The notes: generated by a model from the sequence alone, not told the origin. DNA of 64,000 bases from an uncultured delta proteobacterium (GCA_963761335.1 CAVXGR010000013.1:256001-320000), one strand, 5' to 3'. Shown: positions 27,736 through 37,699, counted from the first letter of the stretch. A program made the numbers and translations.

Positions 27736-30700
27736 ATGAATCGTCTCGCAGCGTCTCTTGGAATCATGATCTTCCTGCTCGGCTCTGCCGGCTGGACGAA
27801 TGCCGCACCCGATCCGGTGCGCTGCCGCAATCGAGCGGCAGCCAAGGCCGCTTCGATGTACGCTGCCACGGCGCGCGAGATGCGCAAGTGCTCCAAATTG
27901 ATCGCCCGGGGCAAGCTCTGCAGCGAGTTCCTGCGCGACGCCAAGATTCAGACCAAGCTGGCCCGCGCGCAGATCAGTCTGACCAGTGCCTGCGAGGGCG
28001 TCAGCAGCACTTTCGGCTTCAGCTCCGACAACAAGCTGGCGACCGTGATCTCCGGCACGGCAGCCGGCGAAGGGCGCTGGGTGGCCGACTCGGTGTACGG
28101 CCGCGATGCCAGCGTCATGACTCCCAACGACCTGAAATGCGCCAACCTCATCACCGCGCAGAGCATGCGGGCCGGCAAGAAGCTGGTCCGCATCCTGACC
28201 AAATGCGGGGCGTCGTGCAGCACCGCCGATCAGCAGAAGGTGAACGATGCCTTTACCAAGGCCGAGGCGCACATCAACCGGGGATGCACGCCTCTCTCCC
28301 TCGTTGCCTTGGTGAACGGTGACCTCTCCGGACACATGGAAGACATCCGCGACGGGGCGCAGCGCGTTGTCAACTCTCTCACCCCGGGCGTCAATCCGTT
28401 CGTCAGCGTGCTGAGCCCGTCGACCGGTCAGGTGATCACGCCACCGTCGCTTCCGGCCAATGTCTCGGTGGCGGCGAAGATGGCCAACCTTCCCAATGCG
28501 GGGTACGTCATCAACATGAAGGTCGTTGGTGCCGGCAGCGCCACTTACAACCAGGCAACCGATCAGTTCGAGTACGACCTGTCGGTGGACAACCCGACGG
28601 CGACCAGCTTTCCGGTGGTCGTGCAGGCGCGCACTTACCGCGGCACCTTCAGCAGCACGACCAACGTCAAGTTCAATCTCGGCACTCTGGCGCCCGACGT
28701 GGTGATCAGCTCTCCGAGCACCGGCACCATCACCTCGTCCTCGACGGCCACCGTGAGCGGCACGGTGATCGGCGATCTCACCAAGGCAGATACCCTTCTG
28801 GTGGGCGGCAACCTGACCACGTTCAACCCCACCAGCGGTGCCTTTACCGCGAACGTCTCTCTGAGCACCTCCGGGGTCAACATCGTGGCGGCCACCGTGC
28901 AATCGTTCGGCCTCGGCACCACCAACTCCGATTCGGTGATCATCCTCAAGGGCACGGCCCTACCGCTGACCACGCGCGTCCCCAACGCCAACTACAACCG
29001 CCTCAACAACTCCGGGTTCAGCTCCCTGCAGGATCTCATCCTCGGAGAGCTCGAGGCCTCCTTCAGCCCGTCGCAGTTCATCGGCATGCAGATCAACGGC
29101 GGCACCATCACCGAGTTCTCCACCGGAGCCTTCAACGCCGACCTCGGCGCCGCCGCCGCGCATTCGGTGGTGCTCGACATCAACATTCCGACCTTCCACC
29201 TGAAGCTGAGCAACGTCGACTCCGGCATCCTCGGTATCACCTGCGATCTCACCTATGACGCCGACAACGTCGGCATCTTCTACTCGGCCGACCTGGTGCC
29301 GCGACCGCCACTGGGAGACGGCATCCAGGCCAACACCAACATCATCACCACGACCTTCACCAACGGCAACGCCTCTCTCTCGGGTGGCTTCCTCGGCATC
29401 TGCAGCCTCGCGACCCTGGTGGTCGACGTGAAGGGTCAGCTGGAATCGCAGTTCGGCAGCCAGATCCAGGGAGAGCTGCCCACCGGGCTCAACCAGACGC
29501 TCGCCGGCATCAACGTCAGCGGCCCCATCGGCGAGTCGCTCGGCGCCGAGATCGACGCCATCTACAACGACATCGTCGAGGACTCCGACGGTGTGACCTT
29601 CAAGGTGGACTCCAACGTCGTGGCCCTCGATCCGGTGCCCGATGCACCGCCGATCTCGGTCACTCTGAATCCGACCGCCCCTGGGGAGCCGGTCCTCGGG
29701 CCCCTGGTCCCGAACACCAACCTCCCGTACGATCTGGCATTCTGCTTGTCCGATGGATTCATCAATCGCACCATGGCGGCGTTCATGCTCCAGGGACTGC
29801 TGAACCAGAGCATCACCGAGTTCCCCGATCCGGGCGGCGGCGCCGGCACGGTTCCGCTGACGACCTCGCTGCTCACCCTTCTCTTCGGCGATCCGGTCTA
29901 TGAAGCCGCATGCCCAGGGTGCAACGTCGCCATGAACCTCAGTCCCACGGTCGCCGCAGTCGCCCGCCCGCCTCTGCCCGGCGAGGACGGCGACATCGTC
30001 CTGGTGATTCCCAACTACCGCATCGACGTGGTCGCCGATCCCGAAGGCACCCCTGTGCCACTGGTTTCGGCCACGGTCGTGTTCGAGCTGCCGCTCACGC
30101 TCGGCGCTTCCGGATCCAGCATCGCGCCGTCGATCGGGACGCTGAAGATCACCAACTTCCGCGTCGTCGACAACCCGATTGGCGCCAACGAGGTCACCAT
30201 GGAGTCGCAGCTGGTGGCGCTCTTCCCGCTCGCGGCCCAGTCGCTCGGTGGCCTGTTCGCCGAGATTCCCCTGCCGCCCTTCGAGGGTGTGCAGCTCTAC
30301 GGCTACGGCTCCGGGTACAACGTCGGCTGCACGGCGCTCTATCTCGGCTTCTCGCCACCACCGCCGACGGCAACGCCGACGGTGACGCCGACGGCCACCA
30401 TCACGCCGACGCCGACGATCACCAAGACGCCGACCATCACCCCGACTGGGGTACCGCCAATCGGCTCCCACACCTTCACTCTCGCCACGGGCAGCAAGGC
30501 GCGCGTCAAGGGCGTTCTCGACCTCAGCTTCAACCTGACCGGGTCTCTCGTCCTCGACATCGGCGTCGAGGACGGCAACCACGTCGCCCCGGTCACCGTC
30601 CCCAAGGAGGGCGCCCACATCGATCCGGTCTTCCCCGGCTTGCCGGGGGTGGCAGCAATCTGTGTGAAGCCGGAATCTGACGGCAGCGGCGTCATCGACT

Positions 30701-31200
30701 GCGACGGCGGCAACTCGAACTACAACGAGACGCAGTCGCAGGATCACAACATCAACGACGTCGATCCGAGCTGCACGACCGGAACAGCGGACAGCAAACC
30801 GAGCCACAGCGGCGTGTGCAATGGTCCGATACAGACGAGCTACAGCGGCATCTACTTCCCCGGAGGAATGACGGTTTCGCTGACCGTCAGCCTGCAGCAG
30901 CTCGGCAGCTCCAGCGAGTACGGCCCGGATCATCAGGCGTGTACCGACGACGATACACCGGCAAGTCCGGCCGCCCCGGCGACGATCTTCCTGACCAGCG
31001 GGAGCTACACCGGAACCATCACCGACGCCAACAATGTCACCGGCACCTCGATCAACCTGACCACGAGCGGCACGGCGTTCAGCTGCACGAACCTGCGCAA
31101 CAACGTGCTCACCAGCGCCAAGATGGTGGGCGGCTTCATCGGCCTCGACGCGCCGACGATCGGTGATGCCGTGACCTCGATGGAGTTCGTGGCGCAGTAG
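27736..31200 (+). CDS. Large secreted multidomain protein: Cys-rich helical domain, Ig-like domains, putative BPI/LBP-like domain, Pro/Thr linker, Cys-rich C-terminal domain
   Basis: Signal peptide; RC..KC repeats; PDVVISSP..TVSGTV Ig-like strands; RLNNSGF and DLAFCLSDGFINRTMAAFMLQGLL; TPT linker at 30360-30450. Confidence 0.7.
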   Translation: MNRLAASLGIMIFLLGSAGWTNAAPDPVRCRNRAAAKAASMYAATAREMRKCSKLIARGKLCSEFLRDAKIQTKLARAQISLTSACEGVSSTFGFSSDNKLATVISGTAAGEGRWVADSVYGRDASVMTPNDLKCANLITAQSMRAGKKLVRILTKCGASCSTADQQKVNDAFTKAEAHINRGCTPLSLVALVNGDLSGHMEDIRDGAQRVVNSLTPGVNPFVSVLSPSTGQVITPPSLPANVSVAAKMANLPNAGYVINMKVVGAGSATYNQATDQFEYDLSVDNPTATSFPVVVQARTYRGTFSSTTNVKFNLGTLAPDVVISSPSTGTITSSSTATVSGTVIGDLTKADTLLVGGNLTTFNPTSGAFTANVSLSTSGVNIVAATVQSFGLGTTNSDSVIILKGTALPLTTRVPNANYNRLNNSGFSSLQDLILGELEASFSPSQFIGMQINGGTITEFSTGAFNADLGAAAAHSVVLDINIPTFHLKLSNVDSGILGITCDLTYDADNVGIFYSADLVPRPPLGDGIQANTNIITTTFTNGNASLSGGFLGICSLATLVVDVKGQLESQFGSQIQGELPTGLNQTLAGINVSGPIGESLGAEIDAIYNDIVEDSDGVTFKVDSNVVALDPVPDAPPISVTLNPTAPGEPVLGPLVPNTNLPYDLAFCLSDGFINRTMAAFMLQGLLNQSITEFPDPGGGAGTVPLTTSLLTLLFGDPVYEAACPGCNVAMNLSPTVAAVARPPLPGEDGDIVLVIPNYRIDVVADPEGTPVPLVSATVVFELPLTLGASGSSIAPSIGTLKITNFRVVDNPIGANEVTMESQLVALFPLAAQSLGGLFAEIPLPPFEGVQLYGYGSGYNVGCTALYLGFSPPPPTATPTVTPTATITPTPTITKTPTITPTGVPPIGSHTFTLATGSKARVKGVLDLSFNLTGSLVLDIGVEDGNHVAPVTVPKEGAHIDPVFPGLPGVAAICVKPESDGSGVIDCDGGNSNYNETQSQDHNINDVDPSCTTGTADSKPSHSGVCNGPIQTSYSGIYFPGGMTVSLTVSLQQLGSSSEYGPDHQACTDDDTPASPAAPATIFLTSGSYTGTITDANNVTGTSINLTTSGTAFSCTNLRNNVLTSAKMVGGFIGLDAPTIGDAVTSMEFVAQ

Positions 31201-31228
31201 CACCTCGAGCGAGACTTCGGTTCGAGCC

Positions 31229-31267
31229 GCAGGGCGGGAAGCGCGCTTCCCGCCCTGCACTTATTTT
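31229..31267 (+). terminator. Rho-independent terminator ending the secreted-protein array
   Basis: GCAGGGCGGGAAGC-gc-GCTTCCCGCCCTGC followed by ACTTATTTT. Confidence 0.75.
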
Positions 31268-31289
31268 GGCCCAGGGAGAACGTGCCGGC

Positions 31290-32738
31290 ATGAAGAAGAT
31301 CCCGTCCAAAGGTCTGCCCCGAGAGCAGCTGTTCGCGGCTCTGGAGAGCTTTCGCTCGGCGGACGTCAACTGGCGCTCCGGACGAACCTGGGCATACGTC
31401 TACGATCCCGGGCACGAGGCCGAGGAGGTCATCAAGAAGGCGTTCACCATGTTCCTCAGCGAGAACGCTCTCGACCCAACCGCTTTCCCGAGCATGCTGC
31501 GGCTGGAGACCGAGCTGGTGTCGATGGCGGCGGCGCACCTGAACGGCGGCTCCGAGGTGGTCGGCAACTTCACCAGCGGCGGTACCGAGAGCATCATGCT
31601 GGCCGTAAAGACGGCTCGCGACTACGCCCGCGCCAAGAAGCCGGAGATTCACGAGCCGGAGATGGTTCTACCGGTCACAGCGCACGCCGCCTTCCAGAAG
31701 GCGGGCCACTACCTCGGCGTGAAGAAGGTGTTGGTGCCCGTCGACCCGGTGTCGTTTCAGGCCGATCCGGAAGCGGTGCGTCGCGCCATCACCCCGAACA
31801 CCATTCTCCTGGTGGGCTCCGCGGTCTCCTACGCTCATGGCGTCGTCGATCCGATTCCCGCCCTGGCGCGGGTGGCGCAGGAGCACGGCATCCTGCTCCA
31901 CGTCGACGCCTGCATGGGCGGCTTTCTCCTCCCGTACTTCCGCCGCCTCGGCGAGGAGATTCCTGATTTCGACTTCAGCGTCCCCGGGGTCACCTCGATC
32001 TCGATGGACCTTCACAAATACGCCTTCGCCGCCAAGGGCGCCTCGGTGGTGCTCTACCGCAACAAGGAGCTGCGCAAGTACCAGATCTACGCCTGCGCCC
32101 AGTGGACCGGATACACGATCATCAATCCCACCGTGCAGAGCACGAAATCGGGCGGCCCACTTGCCGGCGCCTGGGCGGTTCTGCACTTCATCGGCGACGA
32201 GGGCTATCTGGAGCTGGCGCGGCAGATGCTCGACGCCACGCGGCGCGTCGTCGAGGGCATCGGCCGCATCGAGGGGCTGCGGGTGCTCGGACGGCCGCAG
32301 ATGAACCTCGTCGCCTTCACCTCGGACTCGGTCAGTGTGTTTCACGTCATCGACGAGATGAAGGAGCGCGGCTGGTACGTTCAGCCGCAGCTGGCGTTTC
32401 AGGGATCGAAGGAAAACATCCATCTCTCCGTCAACCCGGCCAGCGTGCGCTGGGTCGATGACCTGCTCTCCGACCTGCGCGCCTGCGTGGAGAAGGCGAG
32501 ATCCATGCCGTCGGGCGGTGCCGCAGAGGCGATGCAAACGGCGCTCGCCGGCGTGGACCCCTCGCAGATCGGCGACGAAGCCTTCGCGCAGATGCTGGCG
32601 ATGGCGGGGATCCAGGGGACGGAGCTGCCCGAGCGCATGGCCGAGATCAACGAAATCCTCAACGCCCTGCCAGCGGAGCTGAAGGAGCGCCTGCTGATCG
32701 CCTTTCTCAACGACCTGTACACCTATCGAGACGGCTGA
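31290..32738 (+). CDS. Sphingosine-1-phosphate lyase-like PLP-dependent enzyme
   Basis: NALDPTAFP, TSGGTESIM, AHAAFQKA, LHVDACMGGF, SISMDLHKY (PLP lysine). Confidence 0.85.
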   Translation: MKKIPSKGLPREQLFAALESFRSADVNWRSGRTWAYVYDPGHEAEEVIKKAFTMFLSENALDPTAFPSMLRLETELVSMAAAHLNGGSEVVGNFTSGGTESIMLAVKTARDYARAKKPEIHEPEMVLPVTAHAAFQKAGHYLGVKKVLVPVDPVSFQADPEAVRRAITPNTILLVGSAVSYAHGVVDPIPALARVAQEHGILLHVDACMGGFLLPYFRRLGEEIPDFDFSVPGVTSISMDLHKYAFAAKGASVVLYRNKELRKYQIYACAQWTGYTIINPTVQSTKSGGPLAGAWAVLHFIGDEGYLELARQMLDATRRVVEGIGRIEGLRVLGRPQMNLVAFTSDSVSVFHVIDEMKERGWYVQPQLAFQGSKENIHLSVNPASVRWVDDLLSDLRACVEKARSMPSGGAAEAMQTALAGVDPSQIGDEAFAQMLAMAGIQGTELPERMAEINEILNALPAELKERLLIAFLNDLYTYRDG

Positions 32739-32781
32739 GCCTGCGGCACCGCGAGGGCGCGCCGCCCAGCCGGCCCCGCCA

Positions 32782-33522
32782 TCAGCTGGCCAGGCGATTC
32801 TCGCCGAGCTCTGCCGCAAAGACGCTGCGCACCTCCTGGGTCAGCTGCTCCACGGGCTTGTGGGCAAAGCTCGCGTAGGGAATCTCGTCGAGGACGCGGA
32901 TGCGGATCTGGTGCCGCCCCTGGAGCACGAAGCCGCGCTTCGGCAAGGCGTCGGCGGTGCCGTAGACGACGATCGGCAACAGTGGTGCACGCATCGTCTG
33001 CGCCAGCGTGAAAGCGCCGTGCTTGAACTCGCGCAGCCGCCCATCCGCGGAGCGGGTTCCCTCGGGGAACATCATGATCGGATTCCCCTCGGCCAGAGTG
33101 TGCTCGCAGGCGCGCAGCATCGCCTGCACGCTCTGCTTGTCGCCTCGCCGCAGCTTGATGTAGCGGTTCAGCGACATGTTCCAGCCGATGCAGGGCACGC
33201 GGAAGTTCTCGACCTTCGATACCCATTTGAAATGGGTGAACAGTCGAAAGAGCACCAGGATGTCGAGCAGAGACTGGTGATTGGCCACCATCACGTACGG
33301 GGTCCCCGCCTGGATCTTCTCGCGTCCCTCGATGTGCACTCGCCACGCCGGGTTGAGCCAGGTGTAGAGGGATGCCCAGAAGCAGGTGAAGCGGTGCAGC
33401 ACCACCAGCCGGCGGTCGAACGGGAAGGTCACCACCCAGATCAGCACGGCGATCGGGAAGAGCAGGATCGAGCTGACGACGATGAAGGCCCAGAAGAGCA
33501 GGGAGAGAGCGCGGCGAAGCAT
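32782..33522 (-). CDS. 1-acyl-sn-glycerol-3-phosphate acyltransferase family (PlsC-like)
   Basis: NHQSLLD and FPEGTRS motifs; N-terminal TM segment. Confidence 0.9.
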   Translation of the reverse strand: MLRRALSLLFWAFIVVSSILLFPIAVLIWVVTFPFDRRLVVLHRFTCFWASLYTWLNPAWRVHIEGREKIQAGTPYVMVANHQSLLDILVLFRLFTHFKWVSKVENFRVPCIGWNMSLNRYIKLRRGDKQSVQAMLRACEHTLAEGNPIMMFPEGTRSADGRLREFKHGAFTLAQTMRAPLLPIVVYGTADALPKRGFVLQGRHQIRIRVLDEIPYASFAHKPVEQLTQEVRSVFAAELGENRLAS

Positions 33523-33582
33523 CCGCAATTTCTACAATGGCGCGCGGATTGGCGCCAGATCGCCGCTCGCGGACGCTCGCAG

Positions 33583-34989
33583 TCACCGCCGGGCGTGGGC
33601 GGCGAGCACGCTGGCCACGCACGCGGTGAGCCGCTCGGCGGCCGGCAGGTGCAGGAACTCGTTTGGGCCGTGGGCGTTCGACTGGGGGCCGAGGACTCCG
33701 GTGATCATGAACTGGGCGTCGGGAAACTTCTCACCGAGCAGCCCCATGAACGGGATCGAGCCGCCCTCGCCCATGTAGCACGGCTCCTTGCCGAAGAACC
33801 CCAGCGACGCCTGGCGCGCCGCCGCCTCCAGCCACGGGGCCAGCGCCGGAGCGTTCCAGCCCGAGGCCCCGGAGCCGCACTTGAACTCGACGGTGGCACC
33901 ATACGGCGGCTCTCGATGGAAGAGAGCCTCGAGGAATGGTCCTGCGGCCCTGGCGTCGACCGTCGGCGGCAACCGCAGCGACAGGCGCACGGAGCTGAAG
34001 GGGCGCAGGACGTTGCCGGCGCTCTCCAGCGGGGGAAAGCCGGCGGCGCCGATGACCTCCAGCTGCGGCCTCCAGGTGCGGTTCAGCAGCAGCTCCGCCG
34101 GGTCGAGGGAGACGGGGCCGGTCGTTCCGTGGAAGGGGAACGATTGGTACACCGCATCGCCGAGGACACGCGCCGCTTCCCGCACCTGTGCCAGGCGATC
34201 TTTGGGAATTTCGGCGTGCAGCTGGCGCGGGCGGATCTCGCCGGTGTTCTCCTCCTCCAGTCGACTGAGCAGCAGTCGCAGGACCCGAAAGCTCGAGGGA
34301 ACAATGCCACTGGCGCCGCCCGAGTGAACGCCTTCGCTCAGCGTCGACACCGTCAGCCGGCCGCCGATCAGGCCGCGCAGCGAGGTGGTCATCCACAGCT
34401 GCTCATAGTTGCCGCATCCGGAGTCGAGGCATATCACCAGGCTCGGGCGGCCGATGCGCTCGGCGAGCGCCTCGATGTAGGCGGGCAGGTCGTAGCTGCC
34501 GCTCTCCTCACAGGCCTCGATGAGGACGACGCAGCGAGCCCGTTTGAGGCCCTGGCGCTGAAGGGCCTCGATGGCGGCGATCGACGCGAAGGCCGAGTAG
34601 CCGTCGTCCGCGGCGCCGCGGCCGTAGAGGCGGCCGTCGCGATGCACCGGGTGCCAGGGTCCGAGCCCCTCGCTCCACGGCTCCATCGGCGGCTGCTTGT
34701 CGAGGTGGCCGTAGAGAAGAACGGTTTCCGAGGTCTCTCCGGGAATCTCGGCGAAGATCAGCGGCGTGCGCTTCTCCAGGCGCACCACCTCGAGCCGCAG
34801 GCCGGAGACCTGCTGGGCCTCGATCCACGAGGCGATCAGCTCGACGGCCGCCTCCATGTGGCCCGCCTCGCGCCATCCCTTGTCGAAGGCCGGCGACAGG
34901 TTGGGGATGGCGATGTAACGCTCGAGGGCGGGCACGATGCTCTCGCGCCATTTCGCCTCGACGAAGGCACGGGTCTGCTCGGCGTTCAT
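33583..34989 (-). CDS. M20 family metallopeptidase/dipeptidase
   Basis: YGHLDKQP, GRGAADDG, CEESGS, GEGGSIPF, NAHGPNE. Confidence 0.9.
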   Translation of the reverse strand: MNAEQTRAFVEAKWRESIVPALERYIAIPNLSPAFDKGWREAGHMEAAVELIASWIEAQQVSGLRLEVVRLEKRTPLIFAEIPGETSETVLLYGHLDKQPPMEPWSEGLGPWHPVHRDGRLYGRGAADDGYSAFASIAAIEALQRQGLKRARCVVLIEACEESGSYDLPAYIEALAERIGRPSLVICLDSGCGNYEQLWMTTSLRGLIGGRLTVSTLSEGVHSGGASGIVPSSFRVLRLLLSRLEEENTGEIRPRQLHAEIPKDRLAQVREAARVLGDAVYQSFPFHGTTGPVSLDPAELLLNRTWRPQLEVIGAAGFPPLESAGNVLRPFSSVRLSLRLPPTVDARAAGPFLEALFHREPPYGATVEFKCGSGASGWNAPALAPWLEAAARQASLGFFGKEPCYMGEGGSIPFMGLLGEKFPDAQFMITGVLGPQSNAHGPNEFLHLPAAERLTACVASVLAAHARR

Positions 34990-35018
34990 CGAGCGGCGCC
35001 CTCAGCACCTACCCCGCT

Positions 35019-36173
35019 TCAGGGCATGGCGACGATGGTCATGCCGCAGGCCTGCGGCGCACCGCCGATGTTGTGGCTGAGCGCCACGGTGGCGCTCTTC
35101 ACCTGCCGGGCGCCGGCCTTGCCCTGCAGCTGCTTGTAGTTCTCGTAGAGCATGCGCACCCCGGTGGCTCCGGTGGGGTGCCCGAACGTCTTGAGGCCGC
35201 CGTCGGTGTTGACCGGCAGCGCGCCGTCGAGAGCGAAGGTGCCGCTGGCGATGTGCTCCTTGGCCGCGCCTTTCTCGCAGAAACCCAGATCCTCGTAGGT
35301 GAGCAGCTCGGTGAGGGTGAAGCAGTCGTGCACCTGCGCCAGGTGGATCTCCTTCGCCGGGTTGCGGATCCCCGCCTGCTCGTACGCCTGCTGCGCCGTA
35401 TAAACCGTCGGCTTCCACCGCAGGAAGTCGAAGGCGGGATCGTTCTGCGGGTTGGGGGCGAGGGCGATGGCGACGGCGCGCACCAGCACGTAATCGTCGC
35501 GGAAGCTCTTGGCCAGCTCGCGCCGCGTCAGCACCGCCACCGCGGCGCCGTCGGACTGCGCGCAGCAGTCGTACAGACCGAACGGCCAGGAGATGATCGG
35601 CGCCTTCAGCGCCTCCTCGACGGTGATCTCCTTCTTCAGCATCGACTTCGGCGCCAGAGTGCCGTTGTGGTGATTCTTCACGGCGATCTTCGCCAGATCC
35701 TCGCGCCCGGCACCGTAGGTCTCGAAGTAGCGCGCCGCGCACAGCGAGAACCACCCCGCCGGCGTCATCGGCAGGCCGCGCACTCCGGCCGTCTGCACGT
35801 TCGGACCCGACACACCGCGGTCCTTGGGCTTGTCGAAGCCGACCACCAGGACGGTATCGTACATGCCGCAGGCGATGGCGAAGACGCCGAAGCGGAAGGC
35901 GTCGGTGCCGGTGGCGCAGTAGTTCTGCACCATGCTCACCGGCCGCCCGAAGAGCTTGAGGGCGTCGGCCACCTCGGCCGTTCCCTTCGATGGGTAGACG
36001 GCGCCGCAGAACACCGCTTCGATCTGCTCCTGGGGCTTCTCGATGCCGGCGTCTTCGTACGCCTCGTAGGCGGCCTCGACGATCATGTCCTCCGGCGCCT
36101 TGTCCCAGTTCTCGCCGAACTTGCAGCATCCCATGCCGACGATGGCGACCTTGTCCCGAATGGCATCTTTCAT
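35019..36173 (-). CDS. SCP2/PhlC-type thiolase (acetyl-CoA acetyltransferase)
   Basis: QNYCATG, SDGAA, QVHDCFT, NTDGGLK..GHPTGATG, HNIGG. Confidence 0.9.
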   Translation of the reverse strand: MKDAIRDKVAIVGMGCCKFGENWDKAPEDMIVEAAYEAYEDAGIEKPQEQIEAVFCGAVYPSKGTAEVADALKLFGRPVSMVQNYCATGTDAFRFGVFAIACGMYDTVLVVGFDKPKDRGVSGPNVQTAGVRGLPMTPAGWFSLCAARYFETYGAGREDLAKIAVKNHHNGTLAPKSMLKKEITVEEALKAPIISWPFGLYDCCAQSDGAAVAVLTRRELAKSFRDDYVLVRAVAIALAPNPQNDPAFDFLRWKPTVYTAQQAYEQAGIRNPAKEIHLAQVHDCFTLTELLTYEDLGFCEKGAAKEHIASGTFALDGALPVNTDGGLKTFGHPTGATGVRMLYENYKQLQGKAGARQVKSATVALSHNIGGAPQACGMTIVAMP

Positions 36174-36205
36174 CTTCGCGAACCTCAGCCTAACAACTCA
36201 ACACC

Positions 36206-37639
36206 CTAACAACCAACACCCTGTCTTATCGGCGTGCATTTCCAGAAGTAGTTCGGCTTGCCGCCGTACTCGTGGATCTTGCGGAAGGTGAACTCCACCG
36301 GCAGATCGAGCTTCACCTCCTTGGGCGACACGTCGGTCATCTGCAGGTACAGGCGGCAACCGCCGTCGGCCTCGGCCGTGGTGACCACCAGCGGCGGGTC
36401 GGGGCTGCCGGCGAAGAAGTCGAAGGTGAACGACAGCACCCGTCCCTTGCGGTCGGAGAGTCGCACCTGCTCGAACTGATCCCGGGCGTAACAGGTGAAG
36501 CAGACCCGCTGAAAGGGGAACTGCATGGTGCCGCAGACGCGGCATTTCTGCCCGCGGAAGCTGATGTCCTCGTCGCGATCGCGGTAGTGGACGGTCGCCG
36601 AGACGCCGACGCCGGCGCGCCGGTCGAGATCCGACGGCTCCAGGTTGCGGAAACGGAGATACTTGTCGTAGTCGGTCAGCTCGGCGCGCCGGTCGAGGTG
36701 CCAGGAGACGCCGCGGCGATCGCGAATGGCGTTGATGCGCTCGCCGACCCGCAGGGAGAAGGCGTCGGCGCCGTCGCCGTAGCTCACCCACAGAAGGCGA
36801 TTGCCCGGCACCGCCTCCTCGAGAGCGGCCGCCAGCAGCACGGGCGCGAAGGCGACGCCCGTCGTTCCCAGCCGGCCGAAGAGAGGATCCTGCACCTGCG
36901 TCTTGGGGTCGAGGCGCAGCGCCCGGGCGACGGCCGCATGGCTGCGGGCGTCGGGGGCGTAGTAGACCGCCTTGCTGAAATCCGTCGTCGCCAGACCCGC
37001 CTTGTCCAGCAGGCCGCCCGCCGCTTCGACGACGTTGTTGCGGTAGCCGTGCTCGACGACGAAGCGGTCCTCCCAGGAGTGGACGAAGGAATCCGCGTCG
37101 GTGCGCCACACGTCGATGATCTCGTCCGAGATCGAGTGGCTGTGCTCCACCTCGACGGCGATATCGTCGCGGCTCAGCAGGAAGGCCGCCGCGGCGTCGC
37201 CGAAGTTGCGCTCCAGCGCCGAGCGGGGGGCGGCGACGCGGCAATCGCTGGCCACCACCAGGACATTCTGCGCCGAGCCCGCGGCGACCGCGTCGGCGGC
37301 GGAGCGGAAGGCCGCCGTCCCGGCGCGCAGCGAATCGCCGAGGTCGGCGGTGCGCACGTCGCGGCGCAGATCGAGCGCCTTGGCGACGATGCTGGCCGCC
37401 TGCTTCTCCCGGAAGGGATAGGAGGTCGAGGCGAAGAGAACGCCGTCCACCGTCTCGCGGTCGATCCCGGCGAGGCAGTCGGTGGCCGCGGCGACGGCCA
37501 TGGTGACGCTGTCCTCGTCGAAGTAGGCCACTGCCTTTTCGCCGCCGGATGCACCTGCCTTGCGGCCGCCGCCGGAGATCGTCGAGAGCGGCAGCCGCAG
37601 CCGCGGGATGTATGCGCCGTAAGACCGAATTCCGACCAT
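36206..37639 (-). CDS. HMG-CoA-synthase-like (PhlA-like) domain fused to a DUF35 Zn-ribbon/OB-fold (PhlB-like) domain
   Basis: YGAYIPRLRL, DEDSVTMAV, SYGDGADA; C-terminal CRVC..CFTC and PNYFWKC. Confidence 0.85.
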   Translation of the reverse strand: MVGIRSYGAYIPRLRLPLSTISGGGRKAGASGGEKAVAYFDEDSVTMAVAAATDCLAGIDRETVDGVLFASTSYPFREKQAASIVAKALDLRRDVRTADLGDSLRAGTAAFRSAADAVAAGSAQNVLVVASDCRVAAPRSALERNFGDAAAAFLLSRDDIAVEVEHSHSISDEIIDVWRTDADSFVHSWEDRFVVEHGYRNNVVEAAGGLLDKAGLATTDFSKAVYYAPDARSHAAVARALRLDPKTQVQDPLFGRLGTTGVAFAPVLLAAALEEAVPGNRLLWVSYGDGADAFSLRVGERINAIRDRRGVSWHLDRRAELTDYDKYLRFRNLEPSDLDRRAGVGVSATVHYRDRDEDISFRGQKCRVCGTMQFPFQRVCFTCYARDQFEQVRLSDRKGRVLSFTFDFFAGSPDPPLVVTTAEADGGCRLYLQMTDVSPKEVKLDLPVEFTFRKIHEYGGKPNYFWKCTPIRQGVGC

Positions 37640-37699
37640 GAGAGAGGTTCTTTCTGTACGTCGTGATGACGGCGTTCGCGGATCGACTGCCGTCTCGGG

